Shown here: positions 19,897 to 29,463 of the stretch, in pieces
Position numbering within the stretch: the first letter of the stretch is position 1
How the letters are laid out: every line of letters begins with the position of its first letter
Assembly (NCBI GenBank): GCA_023261845.1
Contig: JALNJZ010000002.1
Location: 181,078-245,077 of the forward strand
DNA length: 64,000 nucleotides
Direction of reading: 5' to 3'
Source: Candidatus Terraquivivens tengchongensis
GTDB lineage: Archaea; Thermoproteota; Nitrososphaeria_A; Caldarchaeales; Wolframiiraptoraceae
Notes under the pieces: generated by a model
Database searches by the model: none
The model's input: the letters and a program-made list of their open reading frames with translations, nothing else
Told to the model about the DNA's origin: nothing
Translations under genes and position numbers: made by a program

Positions 19897-20379
19897 TTGA
19901 GTACAGGCATGACGGGTCTGTACGCGCACCTTTCAAAACTTTGGAGAGAAAAGCCGGAAGAGCTAAAGCAACTCATGAGGAAGAGGCTGATAGAGTGGCG
20001 TAAGCAGCCTGCTGTCGTAAGGGTCGATAAGCCTCTGAGACTCGATAGGGCAAGGAGCCTCGGTTACAGGGACAAGCAGGGCTACGTGGTCTTGAGGGTA
20101 AGGGTGAGGAAGGGCGGCTTCGCAAGAGCGAGGCCAAGGTCTGGTAGGAGACCGAAGGCTCTTGGTGTCGTTAAGCATAAGGTTAACGTATCCATGAAAG
20201 AAGAGGCTATAAACAGAGCTAAGAAGAAGCATCCGAACCTATACCCGCTTGGAGCCTATTGGGTAGCAAGCGACGGCCTTTACAAGTGGTACGAGGTTAT
20301 AATGGTTGACCCCTACCACCCATCGGTCATATCCGACAGAAACCTATCCCTGCCAGCGAAGGTTAGACAGGAGCGCTAA
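19897..20379 (+). CDS. rpl15e: 50S ribosomal protein L15e
   Basis: WRKQP.V.R...P.RLDRARSLGY..KQG.V..RVRVRKGG, YKWYEVIMVDP.HP. Confidence 0.96.
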   Translation: MSTGMTGLYAHLSKLWREKPEELKQLMRKRLIEWRKQPAVVRVDKPLRLDRARSLGYRDKQGYVVLRVRVRKGGFARARPRSGRRPKALGVVKHKVNVSMKEEAINRAKKKHPNLYPLGAYWVASDGLYKWYEVIMVDPYHPSVISDRNLSLPAKVRQER

Positions 20380-20412
20380 TCATAAGCCTTCAAAAACATT
20401 TTTAAAGATATA

Positions 20413-21798
20413 GTGACAAGGTCAAAAGACATACGTATGGCTCTTGTTAAGAACAAGCACGCATTACTTTCTCACGGTAATGTGGAAGGAAGAAAGATCG
20501 TACTGGATATAATTGAGTACACCCTTAAGTCTGTAGATACTTACGATCTCGTTAGAGGGGTCGTTTTCGTTGAAGGCCAAACGCTAAGCATCAACCGCCT
20601 AAAGTACGACCTTTCAAGGATTCGAAACATATACGTGGTGGGTGCTGGCAAGGGATCTGTGAGGATAGCTGAGGCTTTGGAAGACATCTTAGGTAACAGA
20701 ATCAGCGCGGGAATAATAATCGAGAAGAGGGGACAGGGTCGTAAGCTCAGTATGATTAAGGTAGTTGAAGGGGGTCATCCGATACCGGACGGGGCAGGAT
20801 TAGAGGCAGCGAAGGAAGTTGTTGAGATAGCAAAGCGCGCTCAGGATGGTGACCTGATAATCGCCTGCATAACGGGCGGCTGCTCTGCATTAATGCCCTT
20901 ACCAGCCGAAGGCATAAGCTTGGACGATAAAAGGATAGTGACGGATTTACTACTAAAGTGTGGCGCTACTATAGATGAGATAAACGCCGTCAGAAACCAC
21001 ATTTCTGCCATAAAAGGTGGGAGACTCGCCATGTATGCCCATCCCGCTGAAATAGTCAACCTTGTACTCGTTGATGAAGTGGCAGGACTTCCATGGGGAC
21101 CGATGGTCCCAGATCCATCAACATTCGTTGATGCTGTGCGTGTTCTCAAGAAGTACCGCCTTTGGGAAAAAGTCCCCGATTCTGTGAGGAAGCACCTCGA
21201 GATGGGACTGAGCGATCAACGTATGGAAACACCGAAGCCAGAAGACTTCGAGCGCTTAAAGGTTCATAATGTGGTGTTGGCAAGCATCGAGATTGCATGC
21301 GAAGCCGCGAAAAAGAGGGCTGAGGAATTGGGGCTTAACTCCATGATACTATCCACGATGATGGAAGGTGAGAGCCGAGAGGTTGGCATAGTCTTGGCAA
21401 GCATCGCCAAAGAGGTAGAGAAGAAATGTAGACCGATCAAACCACCATGTGCACTCATTGCTGGGGGTGAAACAACGGTAACAATCACAGACCATTGTGG
21501 TGAAGGAGGACCGAGCCAAGAACTCGCCTTAAGCTCCTCCCTTAAAATTCACAAAAGCAAGAAAATAGTCATCGCTTCAATAGACACCGATGGTACAGAC
21601 GGGCCGACAGATGTAGCTGGGGGGATTGTTGACGGCTACACGCTAGATAGGGCAAAGGAGAAAGGGATAGACGTTTATGAAAACTTAATGAAGCATGCAT
21701 CATCCCGCGTACTAAAGGGGCTTGAGGATGTCATCATCACGGGTCCGACCGGAACGAACGTCGCGGACCTTAACGTTGTGGTGGTTGATGAGTTATGA
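20413..21798 (+). CDS. MOFRL-family glycerate 2-kinase-like protein (divergent)
   Basis: VVGAGKG, GHPIPD, GG.SAL, INAVRNH.S.IKGGRL, GGETTV, TDGTDG, TGPTGTNV.D. Confidence 0.85.
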   Translation: MTRSKDIRMALVKNKHALLSHGNVEGRKIVLDIIEYTLKSVDTYDLVRGVVFVEGQTLSINRLKYDLSRIRNIYVVGAGKGSVRIAEALEDILGNRISAGIIIEKRGQGRKLSMIKVVEGGHPIPDGAGLEAAKEVVEIAKRAQDGDLIIACITGGCSALMPLPAEGISLDDKRIVTDLLLKCGATIDEINAVRNHISAIKGGRLAMYAHPAEIVNLVLVDEVAGLPWGPMVPDPSTFVDAVRVLKKYRLWEKVPDSVRKHLEMGLSDQRMETPKPEDFERLKVHNVVLASIEIACEAAKKRAEELGLNSMILSTMMEGESREVGIVLASIAKEVEKKCRPIKPPCALIAGGETTVTITDHCGEGGPSQELALSSSLKIHKSKKIVIASIDTDGTDGPTDVAGGIVDGYTLDRAKEKGIDVYENLMKHASSRVLKGLEDVIITGPTGTNVADLNVVVVDEL

Positions 21799-23096
21799 GT
21801 CTGGATAGGTCAGAGGCCTTCAAAATAAAGGAGGTTAAGGCAAGGGAAATCCTTAACTGCAGAGGAGAACCAACGGTCGAAGTTGATGTATTGACGTCAG
21901 GAGGTTTTCTGGGCCGGGCATCAGTTCCAAGCGGCCGGTCGACCGGTAAATACGAGGCCTTCGAGCTTAGGGACGGAGGACATAGGTATCTAGGAAAAGG
22001 GGTCCTTAAAGCGGTCAAAAACGTGAACGAAATAATAGCTCATGTGCTGAAGGGAAAGGACGTAAGAAATCAAAGGGAAATTGATGAACTACTCATCGAG
22101 CTCGATGGAACCGAAAACAAATCAAAACTGGGGGCCAACGCAATAGTCGGTGTATCCCTTGCCGTGGCAAAGGCTGCTGCCGAAGCTCTAGGCGTCCCCC
22201 TTTATCGGTACATAGGTGGGCCTAACGCCTGCATACTTCCCGTTCCGTTCATGAATCTCATAAACGGCGGGAAGCTGGCAGCAACAGAGCTCGACTTTCA
22301 AGAGCACATAGTGGTGCCCGTTGGTGCCAAATCTTTCTCTGAAGCGATAAGGATGGGTACGGAGGTTTACTATAAGCTCGGAGAGGTTCTGGCTGAGAAA
22401 TGGGGCAGGCATTCTTTGAACGTCGCTGACGAGGGCGGATATACGCCGCCTGGTATGAAGGACCCGAGGGAGGCACTCGACATTGAATTGAAAGTCATAG
22501 AAGAACTTGGATACAAAGACAAATTTGTACTTGGGCTTGACGTCGCTGCCAGCCACCTATACAACGAAAAGACAAAGAGGTATACGTTGATGGGAAAAGA
22601 GATTAGTAGAGAGGCTCTTATGGATTTCTATGAGGAGCTAGTATCTGCTTATCCAGTCAAGTCTATCGAAGATCCGCTGGAGCAGGATGATTTCGAAGGG
22701 TTTGCTGAGTTAACGAGGTCTCTCGGAATCCAGATAATAGGTGACGATTTATTCGTCACCAATATGAGGAGGCTGGAGAAGGGTATTATGACAAAGGCTG
22801 CGAACGCTATGCTGCTAAAAGTTAACCAAGTCGGCTCACTCAGCGAAGCCTTGGATGCAGCACAGTTCGCTTTTAGGAACGGCTATGCTGTCCAGGTCTC
22901 TGAAAGATCTGGACAGACAGAGGACACATGGCTTGCTGACATAACCGTTGGATTGAACGCCGGACAGATAAAAACTGGTGCACCGTGCAGAAGCGAGAGA
23001 ACTGCCCAATACAATCAGCTACTTAGGATAGAAGAAGAACTTGGTAGGGCAGCAAAGTACGCAGGAATACAAGCACTCAAGGTTGGCGTGGTATAA
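21795..23096 (+). CDS. eno: Enolase (atypical active-site residues)
   Basis: AREIL..RG.PTVEV, LGANA, DEGG, SIEDP, GDDLFVTN, LLKVNQ.G, QIKTGAP.RSER. Confidence 0.85.
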   Translation: MSLDRSEAFKIKEVKAREILNCRGEPTVEVDVLTSGGFLGRASVPSGRSTGKYEAFELRDGGHRYLGKGVLKAVKNVNEIIAHVLKGKDVRNQREIDELLIELDGTENKSKLGANAIVGVSLAVAKAAAEALGVPLYRYIGGPNACILPVPFMNLINGGKLAATELDFQEHIVVPVGAKSFSEAIRMGTEVYYKLGEVLAEKWGRHSLNVADEGGYTPPGMKDPREALDIELKVIEELGYKDKFVLGLDVAASHLYNEKTKRYTLMGKEISREALMDFYEELVSAYPVKSIEDPLEQDDFEGFAELTRSLGIQIIGDDLFVTNMRRLEKGIMTKAANAMLLKVNQVGSLSEALDAAQFAFRNGYAVQVSERSGQTEDTWLADITVGLNAGQIKTGAPCRSERTAQYNQLLRIEEELGRAAKYAGIQALKVGVV

Positions 23097-23128
23097 GGCT
23101 TTTATAATAAACGACTAAAAACCCATTA

Positions 23129-24148
23129 ATGACTGGAAGCCGGGTGCGGTCTTTGCTCTACGTTAGATTACCGGGTAGGTCTGAAAAGCTGGCCTCAGAG
23201 GTATGTTCAGCTATAGAGGCCTTTAATATGGAGTACAGGCCTCTGAAAAGTCTAGCTGATGCTGAGTACATGAATGGAGATATAGCGATCGTCGTAGGAA
23301 CAGACAGCGACGTTCTAAAGGCTTTTCATGAACTCGGCTCAAGATGCGTACCCGTACTCGGAATATGCGAAACTGAGACCAGAGGATTCTTAACGGAGAT
23401 CTCCATAAAGGATCTACCGCAAGCGCTCGAGAATCTACAAAAAAAGAGATACGTCATAGAAGAGAATGTGAGGCTTTCGGTCTCTGTGGATGACAAAAAT
23501 CTTCTGCCCGCGGTGAACGAGGCCGCAATCTTCCCCTCGAAGAGTGCCACTATAATGGAATACACTTTGACGGTTGATGATGAGATCGTGTGGAGGGATT
23601 ATAGCGATGGTGTGATAATCTCGACACCTTTAGGCTCTAGCGCCTATGCGCTATCCGCTGGTGGGCCTATGGTCGTCCATAAGGCAAAGGTATTCGTAAT
23701 AGTGCCCGTTAACTCCTTAGATGTCACAAGGAGACCGTTGGTCATACCAGATGACTCCAAAGTCCTAATAAACGGCATACATTCGAGGGTGAGATGCGAG
23801 GTGGTCATAGACGGTACGATTAGACTTAAAGTTGATAACAGGATATGTATCAAGAAGCACGAGGTCCCAGCGCGGCTGGTTAGGCTCCCAGGCAGCTCCT
23901 ACGTCTTGGAGAAGATGGTGAAAAAGGTACAGCTCGCCGAGGAGCTCTTAAAGATACCTCCAAGCGCAAAACTGATATTAAAGACGCTCGAGTACGAAGG
24001 ACCTCTTACACATAGGGAGCTAGTAAGGAAGACCATGCTACCCGACAGGACGATGAGGCAAGCCCTAGCGCTGCTAATAGGTAAGGGAATGGTAAAGAGG
24101 AAACCGCTTTTACGGGATGCGAGGCAGAAGCTCTATTATATAGCGTAG
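23129..24148 (+). CDS. NAD kinase-like protein with C-terminal winged HTH
   Basis: GFLTE, AVNE, DGVIISTPLGSSAYALSAGGP; C-terminal PPSAKLILKTLEYEGPLT...LP.RT.R.AL..L HTH. Confidence 0.8.
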   Translation: MTGSRVRSLLYVRLPGRSEKLASEVCSAIEAFNMEYRPLKSLADAEYMNGDIAIVVGTDSDVLKAFHELGSRCVPVLGICETETRGFLTEISIKDLPQALENLQKKRYVIEENVRLSVSVDDKNLLPAVNEAAIFPSKSATIMEYTLTVDDEIVWRDYSDGVIISTPLGSSAYALSAGGPMVVHKAKVFVIVPVNSLDVTRRPLVIPDDSKVLINGIHSRVRCEVVIDGTIRLKVDNRICIKKHEVPARLVRLPGSSYVLEKMVKKVQLAEELLKIPPSAKLILKTLEYEGPLTHRELVRKTMLPDRTMRQALALLIGKGMVKRKPLLRDARQKLYYIA

Positions 24149-24227
24149 CCATGCTGTTAAAAGTTCTTAAACACATTTAAAAACAAGAAGTAAATCGGGT
24201 TATATGTCACGATTGGAGGTTTAGGTT

Positions 24228-24638
24228 GTGGCGACTAAGGAGCAGATAGCCAGGGCAATTGCAGAACTTCAGATAATAGAGCAGATAGTTAACGAGTTTC
24301 AGCTAAGAATAGCGACGCTCGACGCAGCATTAAGGGAGCATGAAAGCGCAATATCTCTAATAGAAGAGATGAAGAAAGCAGAGGGCAATATGGAGGTCCT
24401 GATACCAATAGGTGGTGGGAACTTTGTCCATGGTATTATAACATCTACCGATAAGATGGAAGTGAGTGTAGGCGCTGGTGTCGTTATTACCAAGTCCTTA
24501 GAGGAAGGTCATCAGATAATGCTAAAGAGAAAGGACAGTTTGATACGCATGAAGGAAGCATATCTACAAAAGCTTCAGGAACACATCAATAGAGCCGCAG
24601 AGCTGAGAAGGTTTTTGGAGAGTGTGAGGACCGAGTAA
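24228..24638 (+). CDS. pfdA: Prefoldin alpha subunit
   Basis: Coiled coil with EVLIPIGGGNFV and VSVGAGV hairpins; precedes ftsY as is typical. Confidence 0.88.
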   Translation: MATKEQIARAIAELQIIEQIVNEFQLRIATLDAALREHESAISLIEEMKKAEGNMEVLIPIGGGNFVHGIITSTDKMEVSVGAGVVITKSLEEGHQIMLKRKDSLIRMKEAYLQKLQEHINRAAELRRFLESVRTE

Positions 24639-25555
24639 TGCTTGAGGGCATCAAGAAGGCATTCGCGAACCTTACGGATAGGATAAAGACGACCACACTC
24701 TCAGAAAGCGAGATAAAGAAACACGTTGAAGACTTCAAGCTACAGCTGATTGCCAATGATGTAGCGGTTGAGGTTGCTGAGAAGCTGGCGATGGAGGTCA
24801 CGGAGCGTCTGAAGACGTTGAAAGTTCCAAGGTTTTCAGAGCACAAGGAAGCAATCATTCAGGTTTTGGAGGAGAGCATTAGCTCGGTGATCTTGGAGGT
24901 CAACCCGGATAGTTCTTTCGTAAATTTAGTTAGGTCTAATTACAGCATAGGCAAGCCCACAGTCGTGCTTTTCGTCGGCCCAAACGGTGGTGGAAAGACG
25001 ACGAGCGTCGTAAAGGTGTCAAACTACCTGAAGTCTAAAGGACTGAGCTCAATAATAGCATGCAGCGACACATATAGGGCTGGAGCCATTGAGCAGCTAA
25101 AAGGCCTAGCCGAAAGGGTTGGAGTAAGGGTTGTAAGTCATAAATATGGTGGAGATCCAGCTGCTGTCGCTCTAGATGCTATAGAAGCAGCAAGGGCTGC
25201 GAAGGTCAGCACGGTTCTAATAGACACAGCAGGCAGGACGGAAGTTGACAAGAACCTCCTTGAGGAGATGAGGAAGATCAAGAGAGTGTCAAACCCGGAC
25301 GTTGTTATATACGTTGGCGATGCGCTTGCGGGCAACGTCGTAGTCGAACAGGTTAGGAGGTTCAATGAGTACGTCGGCATAGACTATATAATCTTGGCTA
25401 AGCTGGATGCCGACATGAAGGGAGGCTCCGCAATATCCGTCAGCTACATGACCGGGAAGCCGATACTCTTCGTCGGAACTGGGCAAGGGTTAAACGACCT
25501 CGAACCTCTAGACAAAAAAAGACTAATCAACACAATACTCGGCCGTGTCTTCTAA
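24638..25555 (+). CDS. ftsY: Signal recognition particle receptor FtsY
   Basis: GPNGGGKTT, DTYRAGAIEQL, DTAGR, KLDAD.KGG, GTGQ. Confidence 0.95.
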   Translation: MLEGIKKAFANLTDRIKTTTLSESEIKKHVEDFKLQLIANDVAVEVAEKLAMEVTERLKTLKVPRFSEHKEAIIQVLEESISSVILEVNPDSSFVNLVRSNYSIGKPTVVLFVGPNGGGKTTSVVKVSNYLKSKGLSSIIACSDTYRAGAIEQLKGLAERVGVRVVSHKYGGDPAAVALDAIEAARAAKVSTVLIDTAGRTEVDKNLLEEMRKIKRVSNPDVVIYVGDALAGNVVVEQVRRFNEYVGIDYIILAKLDADMKGGSAISVSYMTGKPILFVGTGQGLNDLEPLDKKRLINTILGRVF

Positions 25556-25619
25556 GGTGCGATAAGCACCTCTACTACAGTGTTAAACCTCTATATTCCG
25601 GGCCAGCGTAGTATCTGAT

Positions 25620-26255
25620 GTGCTAAACGTTCGCGAGCAGATAAGTCAGCTCGTTAGAGGAGAAGCACCAGGCCCATCACCATCTTTCACGACCTTACAT
25701 GTTGTTATGGCACTTCTCGTTTTAGGAGATAAGGGGAAACTTGGTAGGAAAAAGTTCACCGAAGAACTTGGTCTAGGTGAGGGTGCTGTCAGAACTATCA
25801 TCAATAGGCTTAGAAAGCACTCTTTGGCCAAAGTAGATCGCTCGGGTTGTAGTTTGACCGAGAAAGGTAGGAAGCTCTATGAGGCTTTGAGGAATAATAT
25901 TAGTGAATTTGTAGAGATTAACGAGAATATGCCTTGGAACTACCGTCACAGCATTGGTATGAAGGTGAAGGACATGGCTAAATTCCTAAAAACTGGTCTG
26001 GAGGAGAGGGATGCCGCCGTAAGGGCAGGCGCGGATGCTGCAATGATAATAACTATGCGAGAAGGGAGTCTGTTAATGCCCGGTGTCAGCAATCTTAGCG
26101 AAGAACAGCCGAACTTTGCATCGAAAATAATGTTATCATTCACACCGTCAGAGGGTGATGTAATAATCATAGCCGGCTCAGATGATAGGGTTAAGGCATT
26201 GTACGGCGCGTTAGCGGCTGCCTACGAACTCCTAGAAAAGGCGGCTAGACAGTAG
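25620..26255 (+). CDS. HTH-domain protein (DUF4443/DUF2111-like putative regulator)
   Basis: GRK....LGLGEGAVRT...L, G..LT.KG; C-terminal G.E.RD.AVR.GA. Confidence 0.7.
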   Translation: MLNVREQISQLVRGEAPGPSPSFTTLHVVMALLVLGDKGKLGRKKFTEELGLGEGAVRTIINRLRKHSLAKVDRSGCSLTEKGRKLYEALRNNISEFVEINENMPWNYRHSIGMKVKDMAKFLKTGLEERDAAVRAGADAAMIITMREGSLLMPGVSNLSEEQPNFASKIMLSFTPSEGDVIIIAGSDDRVKALYGALAAAYELLEKAARQ

Positions 26256-26616
26256 GCTTCCAAGCTATCGCCAAGGCGCCACCTACTATTCCTAGGATTG
26301 CGCCTATTATGAACCCTCCCATGCTGACTAAGCTAATTATGGAAAATATGAGCACCAAGGTACCCCACATATGCGCCTGCTTTGGTCTAGAATACAACAT
26401 AAGCGCACCAATTAGGACGACGATTCCGGACACGACGTTTACAAGTACGCTATAGTACAATCCTGCACTCCATGGCCACGACCAACCCCACATGCACATC
26501 ATGCCCATACACCATCGAGTGGTCGTCCAAGTCATGAAGCCAACAAAGCCAAACAGGAGCATCAACACGGCAGCTGACAATGAGAGAGTGAACGCCAAGC
26601 CAGGAGTTTCTTCCAT
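26245..26616 (-). CDS. Small membrane protein (DUF6114-like)
   Basis: About four TM helices ending GGFIIGAILGIVGGALAIAW. Confidence 0.7.
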   Translation of the reverse strand: MEETPGLAFTLSLSAAVLMLLFGFVGFMTWTTTRWCMGMMCMWGWSWPWSAGLYYSVLVNVVSGIVVLIGALMLYSRPKQAHMWGTLVLIFSIISLVSMGGFIIGAILGIVGGALAIAWKPTV

Positions 26617-26689
26617 GCCGTAATTTTAGTGAGAATCTGTATTAAATATTCGCCCGGTCAACATATATACGGCCGCATTAAGAAAAATT

Positions 26690-27718
26690 ATGCGATACCC
26701 GTTGAGGGCGGTCATTCTTAAGAAATTTAAAGAATTGCCAGAGCTAACAGACATTGAGCCTGACTGGTCTTTAGGTCCCGGCGAGGTTCTGTTAGAGGTT
26801 GAGATGTCCGGCCTTTGTTATAGAGACCTGCTAACGGTTGATGGGTACTTCCCAAGGACAAAACTCCCGATAATCTTAGGCCACGAGATAGCTGGCAAGG
26901 TATTAAGAGTTGGTGATGGTGTCATAAGCTTCAAGCCTGGCGACAGGGTCGCATCTTTAACATACATTCCATGCGGCAAGTGTAGGTACTGTAAATCCGG
27001 AAATGAAAATCTATGCAAGCAGCGCCTCACTTTTGGTGAGGATATAAATGACTCATTCGCCCAGATGGTGAAGGTACATGAAAGAAGTTTAGTAAAGATA
27101 CCGGATAAAGTTACACCAGAAGGGGCAGCGATGGCAGCATGCGTGACGGGCATGGTGTTACACGCGTTCAGACATGTAGCAAGAATCAAAGAGGGCGAGT
27201 CCGTGTTAATAACAGGCGCTGGCGGCGGTGTAGGGATTCATGCGGTTCAAGTTGCAAAAGCCTTCGGTTGCAGAGTAATAGCAGCAACAAGCTCCGAGGA
27301 AAAGCTCAAGCATATATTGGATGCAGGAGCGGATGAGGTTTTGTTATCTGATGACAAGATGGTTGAAAATGTCAAAAGACTTACTGATAATGAGGGTGTG
27401 GATGTTGTTCTAGAGGCAGTTGGTCAGCCTACTTTTGACAAGAGCTTAAGATGCTTGGTATGGGGCGGCAGGATGGTCGTCGTAGGCAACGTAACCGTGT
27501 CATCTGTTAAGGTTCCGCTTGGGCTGATAATCTTAAAGGCGAACTCAATAGCTGGTACGATAGCCGCTACCAAGAGGGACTTAGAGGATGCGCTCAGACT
27601 CACGGCGGAAGGAAAAGTAAAACCCGTTGTAACTGTCTATCCGCTTGAGAAGGTCTACGATGCGATGGAGAAGATGCGCCGAAAGGAATCAATCGGTAGG
27701 ATACTACTAAAACCCTGA
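26690..27718 (+). CDS. Zn-dependent MDR oxidoreductase, acryloyl-CoA reductase-like
   Basis: LCYRDL, GHE, CGKCRYC...C, CVTGM, TGAGGGVGIHAVQVAKA. Confidence 0.85.
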   Translation: MRYPLRAVILKKFKELPELTDIEPDWSLGPGEVLLEVEMSGLCYRDLLTVDGYFPRTKLPIILGHEIAGKVLRVGDGVISFKPGDRVASLTYIPCGKCRYCKSGNENLCKQRLTFGEDINDSFAQMVKVHERSLVKIPDKVTPEGAAMAACVTGMVLHAFRHVARIKEGESVLITGAGGGVGIHAVQVAKAFGCRVIAATSSEEKLKHILDAGADEVLLSDDKMVENVKRLTDNEGVDVVLEAVGQPTFDKSLRCLVWGGRMVVVGNVTVSSVKVPLGLIILKANSIAGTIAATKRDLEDALRLTAEGKVKPVVTVYPLEKVYDAMEKMRRKESIGRILLKP

Positions 27719-27754
27719 AGTAAAGCATGCTTAAATCCTAATCATATCTTAAAG

Positions 27755-28018
27755 ATGTTTGTGATAGAGAAGATATTGGCATCCATAGAAGAGTTCAATA
27801 AGTATAGGTCTCCAGAGGCTAATGCCAGGCTTATTTCGTTTGACAAGTCAATAATCAAAATAGAATTCACCGGACCCTTCTGCAGGACTTGCGGCTTTTA
27901 CGACTACTTCGACGACTTGAGGATAATCTTCGAAGAGATGGGGCTGAAGACTGAGATAACACTCATCGAAGAGACGGAAGATGGTGCCATCGTCGATTTC
28001 AAGTTAAAGAATACATGA
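27755..28018 (+). CDS. Conserved archaeal hypothetical protein with CxxC (NifU-C-like)
   Basis: FNKYRSPEA.A, F.GPFCRTCG.YDYFDD. Confidence 0.7.
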   Translation: MFVIEKILASIEEFNKYRSPEANARLISFDKSIIKIEFTGPFCRTCGFYDYFDDLRIIFEEMGLKTEITLIEETEDGAIVDFKLKNT

Positions 28019-28057
28019 CAGAAATTTATTAGGAAGCATTTTACATGGTGCTAATGG

Positions 28058-28234
28058 ATGGTAAAAATCGTAAAGCTTGAACATAAAGAAGAGACCGGAA
28101 CATACTATATGTGCGAAGAGTGCGGCCTCATTTATGCTGAAATTAGCATCGCCAAGTGTTGCGAGGACTGGTGCAGAAACCATAAATCTTGCAATCTTGA
28201 AATAACAAGAAATGCGATAAAGTTCGAAGGTTAA
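28058..28234 (+). CDS. Small Cys/His-rich putative zinc-finger protein (58 aa)
   Basis: Not in the ORF track. MVKIVKLEHKEETGTYYMCEECGLIYAEISIAKCCEDWCRNHKSCNLEITRNAIKFEG; upstream TTTATTA and GGTG SD. Confidence 0.8.
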   Translation: MVKIVKLEHKEETGTYYMCEECGLIYAEISIAKCCEDWCRNHKSCNLEITRNAIKFEG

Positions 28235-28239
28235 AGACC

Positions 28240-29463
28240 TTGAAACTCATGGTCGTTGACTGTTCGGTTTCAGGCGTATCTGGCGATATGCTTCTAGCGG
28301 CTTTACTGGACGTTGGTGCTGATAAGGAAGTTGTTAAGCGAGCTATCGAGCGTGTTCCAAAATTCTTAGACGGTTGCAAGGAAATAACGTTCAAGTTGGA
28401 AGAAGTTTACGTTGATGAATTAAAGGCGAAAAGGGTCAAAATAGTGGCCAAAGATGTTGTTAATTCAAGATCAGCTGTTATGCTAATTGACGCAGTCAAG
28501 GAATGCGTATCCGACCTGAATTTATCAAACGATGCCGCTAACATCGCAATCAACGCCATAGAACTCCTAGCAAGGGCTGAGGCAAATGTCCATGATGAGC
28601 CGATCGAATCCGTGCGCCTCCATGAGCTTGGAATGGCTGATACCGTGGCGGACATAATTGGTGTAGCAGCTGCCTTAGATTCTCTTAACTTGAGAAGGGA
28701 AATGATAGCAACGACGAGGTTGGCAGTAGGTGGTGGAGTTCTAAAGCTATCCCATGGTATTTTTCCGGCACCAGCTCCGGTTACTTTAGAACTCCTTAAG
28801 GTTTCTGGAATACCTTTCAGTGGTGGACCGATTGAGGGTGAGCTGGCTACGCCTACTGGCGTAGCGCTCTTGGCCTCAATGTCAAGCAGAGTAATCCAGG
28901 TTTATCCACCGATGAGTGTGGAGAAAATAGGCTATGGTGCAGGCTCGATACTGCACGACGGAAACCCGTCCGTTTTACGTTTACTTCTCGGTCAAGAGCA
29001 AGAGACTCGTGGGAACGTTGAGGAGATAATGCTACTTGAGACAAACGTTGATGATGTTTCTGGCGAATCGTTAGCTTATGTCGCAGATAAGTTGTTGTCC
29101 GAAGGTGCATTGGACGTGAACATCATACAGGCAATCGGCAAGAAGGGAAGACCCACAAGCATACTCAGGGTTCTGAGTAAAAAGGGCCATGAGGCAAACT
29201 TTGCGCGTACGATGATGCAGGAGCTCGGAACGTTGGGCGTTAGGTTTCTAACTGTTGGAAGGTTTGTAGCTATGAGAGAAGAATCTTTGGTTGACGTACG
29301 TATTGCTGGCAGAATTTTTAAAGTAAGGGTTAAGAGGTCCTTCCTTCCCGGAGGAGAGTCCTTAACCCTAAAGCCCGAGTTCGAAGACTTAAGAACGATA
29401 GCGCGGGAGACCGGCCTAACCATAAGGGAAGTTGAGAATGCGGTAAAGAAACAGATAAGCTAG
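28240..29463 (+). CDS. larC: Nickel-pincer cofactor biosynthesis protein LarC
   Basis: SGVSGDM.L.AL, AEA.VH, HE.G..D...DI, HG..P.PAP, GEL.TPTG, ETNVDD, KKGRP, KPEFED. Confidence 0.9.
   Translation: MKLMVVDCSVSGVSGDMLLAALLDVGADKEVVKRAIERVPKFLDGCKEITFKLEEVYVDELKAKRVKIVAKDVVNSRSAVMLIDAVKECVSDLNLSNDAANIAINAIELLARAEANVHDEPIESVRLHELGMADTVADIIGVAAALDSLNLRREMIATTRLAVGGGVLKLSHGIFPAPAPVTLELLKVSGIPFSGGPIEGELATPTGVALLASMSSRVIQVYPPMSVEKIGYGAGSILHDGNPSVLRLLLGQEQETRGNVEEIMLLETNVDDVSGESLAYVADKLLSEGALDVNIIQAIGKKGRPTSILRVLSKKGHEANFARTMMQELGTLGVRFLTVGRFVAMREESLVDVRIAGRIFKVRVKRSFLPGGESLTLKPEFEDLRTIARETGLTIREVENAVKKQIS

Noticed and set aside
25557-25571. Hairpin GGTGC-GATAA-GCACC after ftsY
   Set aside because: Only a 5-bp stem with no U-tract, within chance expectation.
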